From a virus: a stretch of DNA of 26,381 nt. Of this stretch, positions 15,159-23,045 are shown in pieces. The notes beneath the pieces were generated by a model, which saw only the letters and a program-made list of their open reading frames with translations, searched no databases and was not told the DNA's origin. Both the position numbers and the translations under genes were made by a program. The stretch is from IMG/VR virus record IMGVR_UViG_3300007351_000576, positions 1 through 26,381 of that record. One strand, 5' to 3'. Position 1 is the stretch's first letter; the number at the start of each line of letters is the position of its first letter.

Positions 15159-18100
15159 ATGTCAATGGTTGAATCAGTCAGAATTACTTTCAAGGGCGAA
15201 GACAATGTCAGTCCTGCACTGACAAGAATACATTCAGGAATAAATAGTCTTAGCTCCGGCGTTGATTCTGTTGGCAAAACATTCTCTGATTTCAATAAGA
15301 AACTTCTCATAGGATTTACAGCAATAGCAACAGCAGTCACAGCTATTGGAATAAAAGCAGTCAAGAGTTTTGGAGAATTCGACAAACAAATAAGACGAGT
15401 CCAGGTGCTTGCTGGAGGCACTGAAGAAGACTTCAAAAAACTTGCTGATACAGCTTTCAAGCTTGGATCAAGTACTGCTTTCTCTGCACAAGAAGTTGCA
15501 CAAGCATTTGAAGAATTTGCAAAGGCAGGATTTAATGTAAACCAGATTTTAAGAGCATCAGAATCTACTCTTGGACTTGCAACTGCAGGAAATGTTTCAT
15601 TGGCAGAAGCAGTCAGCATCTCAGTTGCAGCAATGAATTCATTCCAGCGAGATGCAGAGGATATGAATGGTGTTGCAACAGTTCTCACGACTACATTCAC
15701 CAACTCAGCCCAAAGCTTGCAAGATCTTGGAGAAGCATTAAAGATTGTCGGACCTCTTGCATCAAGTCTTGGAATAAGCCTTGAAGAAGTAAGTGCTGCT
15801 CTTGGAACACTTGCAAATGTAGGTATTAAAGGAAGTCTTGCAGGAACATCATTAAACCAGGCATTATTACAGCTACTTAGCCCGACTGATGATTCTGCAG
15901 AAGCAATGGAGAATCTTGGAGTAAACTTCTTTACATTAAATGAAGCTGGCCAAGCAGCAAAAGCAACAATCCAAGCAACAAGAGATGAATTCAGCTCATT
16001 AAAAGACAAAGTCAGACAGAGTGATATAGAACTTGCACTACTTGGATCAAAACTTGCAGAAGCCAAAAGACAAATGAAATCATTTGGTGATGAAGCAAAA
16101 GCTCCTGATAAATTATCAAGTTCACTTAGTGGATTGCAGTCAGCTTTTGATGAATCAAGACTAAAAAATACTGAATTAAGAGAATCACTTGAAGCGCAAG
16201 AAAAGACGCTTCAAGATCTAAGAAAGCAAGTTACTGAGGGACAGCAGGAATTTGTTGGATTAAGAGATGCAACTAAACAACTCAATGATGCATTCCAAGA
16301 AATAGATGCATCAACAGTTCAGAAAGCCACAACTCTTGTCAAAATCTTTGAAGTAAGAGGAGCAAGAGCATTTCTGACACTTACAAAAGAACTCGATAAC
16401 TTCAATGAAATATTCAAAACAATCGCATCAACAGAGATAAGAACTGAACTTCTTGACGAATCGAGTCTTAAAGCTGCACTTAGCGCTCAGGATAGCTTCT
16501 CACGACAGTTCGGAATTACATTTGAGAAATTAACTCAGAATGCGACAAAAGTACCCGAAGGCATTGATGAAGCATTAAAGAATTCAAAACTTGACGAGAG
16601 AGCAAGAGATATATTTAGAAATATGAGAAGTGAAGTCAATGCATTAAAGCTTGACAGCGAATCAATAGAAGCTGTTCTTTCTGATTTCCTACCTCTTGAT
16701 TCCGTCAAAGATTTCAGAGAGATCATACAATTAACAGATGCTGACTTTGAAAATTTTCTATTAAGCATCAATGCCTTAAATCAAGATGCACAAACCCTGA
16801 ACAAAACACTTCTTCAAAATCTTGGAAGTGCATTTGAAGAATTACAAGATACTGTAACAACTGCATTTATCAGAATAGGTGGAGCAATAGCCCAAAGACT
16901 CAATTTATCAAGCATAGTAAAGAATATTCAGCAAGCAGTAGAAGACTTCTCAACAGGAGATGGAATAGAAAAACTTGCTGATAAAATAGTAAATGTCATA
17001 AGGCTCATTCAGTCTTTCTTGAAAGGAGTCGGAGAAGGATTCAAACAAGTATTCACACCAGACATTCTTGACAGATTAAAATCAGCATTTGGCACTGCTT
17101 TCTCATCTATGCAAAGCAATGCAGAAGGCTTTGGAAATGTGGTTGGTAGAGTTCTTGGAAGTGTGGTAAAAGGTGGAGCAGAACTCATCACCAGAGTCCT
17201 TAATAGCAATCTTATTGAGAATGCAAGCAATATGTTTTCTCGTCTTGGAAATGTTCTTGAAAAAATAGGACCTACTGTTGGTGCTGTTGCAGCTGGATTT
17301 GTATTATTAACTCCGATTCTTACACCAATAATCTATGTCGTAAGCAAGATTTTCAGTGGATTTGGATTACTCATCAATATCTTGTTATCTTCTGGAAAAG
17401 CTATTGGTGCTCTTGCTGGAGGAACAGCAAAACTCACCACTGGACTTGCTGGAATAACTGCAAAAGTCACAGGAGTAGGAAGTGCAGCTACAACAGCGAC
17501 AGCTACAACAGGAGGATTTCTTGCAAAACTTGGAACAATTGGATCAAGCATTGGAAGCATATTCACTGCAATAGGCAGTGCTCTCGGAGTAAGTGCAGGA
17601 GTAGCTGCTGCTATTGTTGTGGCCATAATAGGAACAATCATCGGGTTCGTAAATCAAGTGAGACAAAACTTCTTAGGACTCGGAGATGATTTCAGGACAA
17701 TATTTGGATTCATCGGAGGAGTTCTTACAGCAATAGGTGCAGGAATCAAAGAAAGTCTTATAGATATAGGAACTCTCATTAAACCAATTTGGGAAGGCAT
17801 CAAAGAAACTTTCAATGGACTCGGTAAAATACTCGCAAGTCTTGTCGCAGTTGTTGTCAAACCATTTGCAAATAGCATAAGAGATGCAGGAGATCAGGGG
17901 TTCAACACATTTGAAATAATCAAGAATGCAGTATCTTTCCTATTTACTCCTCTAAAACTTGTCTTGACAATAGTTGGAAGTGTACTCAAAGCTATTGGAG
18001 CAATACTCAACTTTGTAGGAGATCTCATTGGAGGAATTGTTGAATTTGGTTTTATTGTTGCAGATGCTTTCAAGAGATTTAAGGATGAAGGATTCTCCGC

Positions 18101-19268
18101 ATTTAATGAAGTTGGAGAAGCAGCTAAAAGAATCGGAGTGTCTATTCTGACATCATTTGTCAGTGCAATAGACTCAATCATAAACATATTTATCGACTTA
18201 ATCAATGAACTTATCAAAGTAGTAAAGAAGATTCCTCTTCTGAATAAAGCTATTGGAGAAGATTTCAAGTTAGACAAGAATGTACTCGGAAACCTGACTG
18301 GATTCACAAAAGATGCACAAAAAACAACTGTATCTCAAACCAATGTCCAACAAAAATCCGTATCCGTCACATCGTATGCAAAAGCAAGTTCTTCAGCACT
18401 TGCTCAAGAGAGTGCATCCGTAACAAAAAGTGCTGTTCAACCATTCAAGCAGGCCACGATAGATGTATCTGATTTAGGAATTCAGGCAGCATCGAATTTT
18501 ACGATGCCTTTCAAAGATCCTGTAACATCTGCACAATCAAAAGCAGATGTCCTCTCAGTATTCCCAACAAATGCACAAGCATCTCAGATGGGAAGAAACT
18601 TTGGAGCTGCATTCTTCACAGGATTATCAGATGGAATGAAAGCCACTGCTGCAGTATTTGACTCGAGCATCAAGCCAATCTTTGCGAGTATGATTTCCTC
18701 GCTTAAAGAATTCATTGCAGTATTTATCAGAGATTTGTATGTCTTGAGAATAGTTCCTGCATTCATGCAGAATCTCGTCTTGAAAATTCATACTGCTTTT
18801 GTTTCAGGATGGCATCACATGTTTCTTGCAGTGATTGATGTTACTGAAAAAGCAATGAATGGAATCCTGACAAATCTGGGAAAGTTTTACAATCAACTTG
18901 TAAGTGTCGTCAATAAGTTAATTGCAGAATATAATAGAGCAGCAGATATATTGTCAAGAGATATTACAAGGACAACATACAAAACTGTAACTGACAAAAA
19001 AGGCAATACTAAAAGAGTTGCTCAAACTGAGACTTTATTCAAAGGAGTCAATGTTCAGAGATTGAATCAGTTTTCTCCAGTGCAATTAACTCCTCTAAAA
19101 CTTGAAAGGCCAGCACTTCCACAAGCACCAAGTGTTGCTGTAGATGCAGGAGGATTTAGCGTAAACATACAGAACTTCAATGCAGGATCTGAATCTGACA
19201 AACAGAAGTTATTCTCTGAAATTGATGCATACATAGCAAGACAACTCGGACAACTGGTGAGAATATGA
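15159..19268 (+). CDS. Tail tape measure protein, TP901-type core domain
   Basis: FDKQIRRVQVLAG...FSAQEVAQAFEEFAKAG...LGTLANVGIKGSLAGTSL; long Ala/Gly/Ile-rich helical region; 1369 aa. Confidence 0.95.
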   Translation: MSMVESVRITFKGEDNVSPALTRIHSGINSLSSGVDSVGKTFSDFNKKLLIGFTAIATAVTAIGIKAVKSFGEFDKQIRRVQVLAGGTEEDFKKLADTAFKLGSSTAFSAQEVAQAFEEFAKAGFNVNQILRASESTLGLATAGNVSLAEAVSISVAAMNSFQRDAEDMNGVATVLTTTFTNSAQSLQDLGEALKIVGPLASSLGISLEEVSAALGTLANVGIKGSLAGTSLNQALLQLLSPTDDSAEAMENLGVNFFTLNEAGQAAKATIQATRDEFSSLKDKVRQSDIELALLGSKLAEAKRQMKSFGDEAKAPDKLSSSLSGLQSAFDESRLKNTELRESLEAQEKTLQDLRKQVTEGQQEFVGLRDATKQLNDAFQEIDASTVQKATTLVKIFEVRGARAFLTLTKELDNFNEIFKTIASTEIRTELLDESSLKAALSAQDSFSRQFGITFEKLTQNATKVPEGIDEALKNSKLDERARDIFRNMRSEVNALKLDSESIEAVLSDFLPLDSVKDFREIIQLTDADFENFLLSINALNQDAQTLNKTLLQNLGSAFEELQDTVTTAFIRIGGAIAQRLNLSSIVKNIQQAVEDFSTGDGIEKLADKIVNVIRLIQSFLKGVGEGFKQVFTPDILDRLKSAFGTAFSSMQSNAEGFGNVVGRVLGSVVKGGAELITRVLNSNLIENASNMFSRLGNVLEKIGPTVGAVAAGFVLLTPILTPIIYVVSKIFSGFGLLINILLSSGKAIGALAGGTAKLTTGLAGITAKVTGVGSAATTATATTGGFLAKLGTIGSSIGSIFTAIGSALGVSAGVAAAIVVAIIGTIIGFVNQVRQNFLGLGDDFRTIFGFIGGVLTAIGAGIKESLIDIGTLIKPIWEGIKETFNGLGKILASLVAVVVKPFANSIRDAGDQGFNTFEIIKNAVSFLFTPLKLVLTIVGSVLKAIGAILNFVGDLIGGIVEFGFIVADAFKRFKDEGFSAFNEVGEAAKRIGVSILTSFVSAIDSIINIFIDLINELIKVVKKIPLLNKAIGEDFKLDKNVLGNLTGFTKDAQKTTVSQTNVQQKSVSVTSYAKASSSALAQESASVTKSAVQPFKQATIDVSDLGIQAASNFTMPFKDPVTSAQSKADVLSVFPTNAQASQMGRNFGAAFFTGLSDGMKATAAVFDSSIKPIFASMISSLKEFIAVFIRDLYVLRIVPAFMQNLVLKIHTAFVSGWHHMFLAVIDVTEKAMNGILTNLGKFYNQLVSVVNKLIAEYNRAADILSRDITRTTYKTVTDKKGNTKRVAQTETLFKGVNVQRLNQFSPVQLTPLKLERPALPQAPSVAVDAGGFSVNIQNFNAGSESDKQKLFSEIDAYIARQLGQLVRI

Positions 19269-19648
19269 AACTCTTAGATCAAAACCAAACACAAACATTG
19301 CTCGAATTCAACAATGTAGACAGAGCAATTACAAAGCTTGAAACAAAGACAAAAGTGATCTGGATAGAACACGAAATTCCAAATAAGAGAGGTAACATCA
19401 GACATTTTCTTGGATCAAGCGACGGAGATGTTGTGTTATCAGGAAAACTTCTTGGAAGTCATGCAACAAAAGCATCGAATAAAGGAATCATACGAAGTCT
19501 CACACTCAATGGTACAATTCTCTATCTTGATACAGAAGGCTATGAGGATGATCTCAATGGAAGATATGTCATCACAGACATAGATATTCCTGAACAAGGT
19601 GGAGAGCCATGGGAATTTACAATCGTACTGACAGAATTTAGTAACTGA
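19265..19648 (+). CDS. Distal tail (Dit / P2 gpU-like) protein
   Basis: EHEIPNKRGNIRHFLG...VVLSG...GRYVITDI...FTIVLTE pattern; ATGA overlap with tape measure stop. Confidence 0.65.
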   Translation: MKLLDQNQTQTLLEFNNVDRAITKLETKTKVIWIEHEIPNKRGNIRHFLGSSDGDVVLSGKLLGSHATKASNKGIIRSLTLNGTILYLDTEGYEDDLNGRYVITDIDIPEQGGEPWEFTIVLTEFSN

Positions 19649-19655
19649 TGAAAAC

Positions 19656-22208
19656 ATGAATGAGTCGCATAAACCAAAATTTAAAGCATTCCTTGACGTA
19701 GGAAATGGTTGGCAAGAAATAAGTAGTTATGTGACTAAATGGGACTCAAATCTTGGAGTTACATCGAGAACAAATACTGCATCATTGAATGTCGACTATA
19801 ATGCTTTACTCATTCTGCAACAATTAGATTCATCAGCAAAAATAAAAATTCTTGCAGGATATGATTCCAACAATCTCAAACTCATATTTGATGGGCTTGT
19901 TCAGAGCATAAAAAAAACAAATACGAAAGAAGAATTTGATTTGGAAGCAGAAGATTTTGCATCATTCATGCTAAATAGATTTATCACAGATGCATTTGCT
20001 CAAGAGAAAGCTGTCGATATAATCAAAGATATACTTTCTGAAAAGATTCCCGAGTACACTTGGGATATTGATTCTTTCGATGATAATGATTTCATTGTCG
20101 AGAAAATAGCTTTTGAAGATAAGCCAATTATCGAGATCATCGAATATCTTGCAGAACTTATTGGATTTGATTTTTGGGTGACAAGTGATGGAGAGGGATT
20201 AATAAAATTCCATTGCAAGATAAGAAAAAGTATAGAATCAGATTTTGTTTTGCAGAGAGGAGTTAATCTCAAGACACTGGTTTTTATTGAAGATAAAAGC
20301 CAGATGGCTAACAGAGTAATTGTTGAAGGAGATAAAAGAGAATTTGCAAAAACACAAAGATTTACAGGTAATGGAGTAACAAAAGAATACAGTCTCGTCT
20401 TCAAACCACATAACACAAGAGTGAGTGTTAATGGAGTAAATCTTATTGGTGGTGTTGAGGGAATTTCTCAAAATCCAGAGTTCTTTGTTGATTTCTTCGA
20501 GAAGAAAGTAACTCTCGTCAATACTCCTGCATTAATGGATCAAGTTGTAATCGATTACACCTATGATATTCCGATTAAAGTGGAAGCGACTGACTTTGCA
20601 TCAATAAAAAAATATGGAGAGAAAGTTCAATTTATCAAGAATAAAAATATTAAAGAGAAATCAGAAGCCAAGAAGTATGCACGAGAATTCATTAAACAAT
20701 ACGGCAAACCTCTTTTCATAGCTGAGGCAGATGCTCCTGCAAGTGTTGATTTTAATGTTGGAGAAGTCATTACTGTCAAAGATCTTTCAAAAGGAATAAA
20801 TCACTCTATGCAAGTTTTGGAATGCTCTTATTCTTTCTCTAAAAGAGAAGGATTTACTTCATCTCTTAAACTTGCACAAACAACACAAACAGGATCTAAC
20901 ATTCTAAAAGATATCATCTTGAGATTAAAACAAGTTGAGGAATTATTGAAAGGTGATGTTGAGGTAGTTACAAAACTCACAACATTTGAAGACACGATAA
21001 CAATCAGAATTAAGAGGATAACTGCAAAAAAAAGATCATTACTTCAAGGGTTTACATGGAGCAAGGAAGGAGTATGGAATCATAATGATTGGGGAGTTGA
21101 TAATACTTCATCATTTCAAACATTCTTCGAATATGGCGACAAGGATGTAGTCTATAAAGACACTTCTTACTTTGCAGAGCATGAGTTAAATCTTGAAGTA
21201 ATTTTCAGTCCTGAACTAAATAAGATTCTCGTATTCAGTTACAATGAATGGACTCAAAATGCATACTCTGGAAAAACAGAATTCACAATCCCGACACCAA
21301 CAATTTTGAAAGAAGTAATTGACAACATAAAACAAGATCTTGATAATTTATCGTTTGGATTATCACTGCATTCCAATTATAGTACTGCAACAATTTGGAG
21401 TTTGAATGGAGGAAGTCCACCATATTGGTCAAAGATTGGATTCACAAAGACAACTCCTGCAGGAGCTCCATCACAGAGAGTATTCGATAAAATTGCATAT
21501 GAGAATATAGGAATTACTGAGCAGAATTCCTTTGAATTATATCTCAAAGAAGATTACTCTTTGCATGTGCCTATGTGGAGTATGAATTATGTGTGGAGCA
21601 GAACAGGAATCGAAGAAACCAGTCAAATACCTGTTTATGACAAGTCAGAGATTGATCAATTACATGCCAATGACAAGTTATCTCTTGCACAGGAATTCTT
21701 GAGTAACTTTGATAACGAATTCATCTACAGCAGAGCATTATGGAATAAGAAGCCAGTCATCGACTATGGACATACAGAAAATATTATCTTGAAAGAAATA
21801 AATGATTATCTTACAGCAGAAGACAGGACATCACTCAGATTCAACGAACTCGAGGATGGCTTCTTCTGGAGCGTAAGAGGATGGAGCAAAGACGACTGGG
21901 GAAATATTCCTAGAGGACTTGCACAGCAAGATATTCAGAACAGAACTGAATCATCAAGCATCGCATCATCAGACAAGATCTTTGCAGAACTCTCCTGGTC
22001 AGAACAGTTTAATGGATGGTCGCTGAAATATTGGAGCAAAAATGGCTGGGTAAAATTCCAACAAGAACAGCAATCAAGTACTTTCGACAAAACAGAAACT
22101 GAATCGTTGATTGTAGAAGAACTGATTGGAATTGAAAATATCAACTCGCTAAACAATCAGATTTCAGTCGTGAACACAAGATCAAAATGGAGTGAGGCAA
22201 CATGGTAA
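19656..22208 (+). CDS. Baseplate hub (Tal / T4 gp27-like) protein with Trp-rich repetitive C-terminal extension
   Basis: IKILAGY...LIFDGLV, AVDIIKDIL, IIEYLAELIGFDFWV, ANRVIVEG, SIKKYG, FNVGEVITV; C-terminal ~380 aa with recurrent WS..W clusters. Confidence 0.75.
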   Translation: MNESHKPKFKAFLDVGNGWQEISSYVTKWDSNLGVTSRTNTASLNVDYNALLILQQLDSSAKIKILAGYDSNNLKLIFDGLVQSIKKTNTKEEFDLEAEDFASFMLNRFITDAFAQEKAVDIIKDILSEKIPEYTWDIDSFDDNDFIVEKIAFEDKPIIEIIEYLAELIGFDFWVTSDGEGLIKFHCKIRKSIESDFVLQRGVNLKTLVFIEDKSQMANRVIVEGDKREFAKTQRFTGNGVTKEYSLVFKPHNTRVSVNGVNLIGGVEGISQNPEFFVDFFEKKVTLVNTPALMDQVVIDYTYDIPIKVEATDFASIKKYGEKVQFIKNKNIKEKSEAKKYAREFIKQYGKPLFIAEADAPASVDFNVGEVITVKDLSKGINHSMQVLECSYSFSKREGFTSSLKLAQTTQTGSNILKDIILRLKQVEELLKGDVEVVTKLTTFEDTITIRIKRITAKKRSLLQGFTWSKEGVWNHNDWGVDNTSSFQTFFEYGDKDVVYKDTSYFAEHELNLEVIFSPELNKILVFSYNEWTQNAYSGKTEFTIPTPTILKEVIDNIKQDLDNLSFGLSLHSNYSTATIWSLNGGSPPYWSKIGFTKTTPAGAPSQRVFDKIAYENIGITEQNSFELYLKEDYSLHVPMWSMNYVWSRTGIEETSQIPVYDKSEIDQLHANDKLSLAQEFLSNFDNEFIYSRALWNKKPVIDYGHTENIILKEINDYLTAEDRTSLRFNELEDGFFWSVRGWSKDDWGNIPRGLAQQDIQNRTESSSIASSDKIFAELSWSEQFNGWSLKYWSKNGWVKFQQEQQSSTFDKTETESLIVEELIGIENINSLNNQISVVNTRSKWSEATW

Positions 22209-22663
22209 ACCAAAAAGATATTCTAAAAGCAAAAGGAGAAGTAAAAATTCTCGTTGTAGACAAAGAAGGCAGAGTTATAAATTCACATACGATGAACAAG
22301 GTTGTGAATTTAGGCATAGAATCAATGCTTAAACACATCAATGGATCATACACGAGCCTGATCAATTATTTCAAGATAGGAACAGGAACAAATGCAACAG
22401 TTGAAGCAGACACAGGACTTCAAACACCTGTAAATTTCTCTACTGGAGTCCCAACCAAAGCATTTGACAGTGTTGGATATCCCTCAGTAAAAGAAGTCAA
22501 ATATCAATTAACTGTCGATTTTACTGAAGGCAATGGAAACACACTTTCAGAAATCGGAATGTTCTTCGCAGACAATAGAATGTTCTCAAGATTTACTCAT
22601 CAAGGCATCAATAAGACGAGCTACATCAAAATAGTCTATCAATACACAATAAAGATCGAGTAA
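22202..22663 (+). CDS. Tail-collar/baseplate protein, DUF3751-like, paralogue A
   Basis: NKVVNLG...YFKIGTG...DTGL...EGNGNTLSEIGMF...MFSR...INK pattern. Confidence 0.6.
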   Translation: MVNQKDILKAKGEVKILVVDKEGRVINSHTMNKVVNLGIESMLKHINGSYTSLINYFKIGTGTNATVEADTGLQTPVNFSTGVPTKAFDSVGYPSVKEVKYQLTVDFTEGNGNTLSEIGMFFADNRMFSRFTHQGINKTSYIKIVYQYTIKIE

Positions 22664-22668
22664 GAAAA

Positions 22669-23016
22669 ATGGTACTGACAAACACAGGAAAACAGCAACT
22701 ACTTGAAGCATTAAAGAGCCAAGTAACTCATTTTGCAATGGGCAGTGGACAGAATACAGATACTGAGTTTGCGACAAGTCTTGGCCAAGAAGTATTCAGA
22801 AAAGATGTCACAGACAAAACCATAGACCAAGAAACAGGTAGCATAGACTTTGAATGCTTTATCGGATCAAGCGAAGGAAACGGGAGCGATTTCTCAGAAC
22901 TTGGACTTCTTGATTCTCCAAGTGGAGGAACTCTGTTTGTTATCACCAATTTCCCTGCAGAGAATAAATCTGCATTACTCGAATGGCTAATTGATATTGT
23001 AATTGAAATAAAATAA
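22669..23016 (+). CDS. Tail-collar/baseplate protein, DUF3751-like, paralogue B
   Basis: LTNTGKQQL...THFAMGSG...TSLGQEVFRK...EGNGSDFSELGL...GTLF...ENK pattern. Confidence 0.6.
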   Translation: MVLTNTGKQQLLEALKSQVTHFAMGSGQNTDTEFATSLGQEVFRKDVTDKTIDQETGSIDFECFIGSSEGNGSDFSELGLLDSPSGGTLFVITNFPAENKSALLEWLIDIVIEIK

Positions 23017-23030
23017 CATAAAGAAAGAAA
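23011..23030 (+). promoter_or_regulatory. Copy 4 of 20-bp conserved motif (candidate late promoter), upstream of receptor-binding protein
   Basis: AAATAACATAAAGAAAGAAA ending 15 nt before ATG 23046; 2 mismatches to copy 3. Confidence 0.55.
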
Positions 23031-23045
23031 TATGAGGTGAATAGT

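Noticed and set aside
15149-16066. 305-aa antisense ORF opposite the tape measure
   Set aside because: Shadow frame of an Ala/Ser/Leu-biased gene; no SD, promoter or recognisable domain
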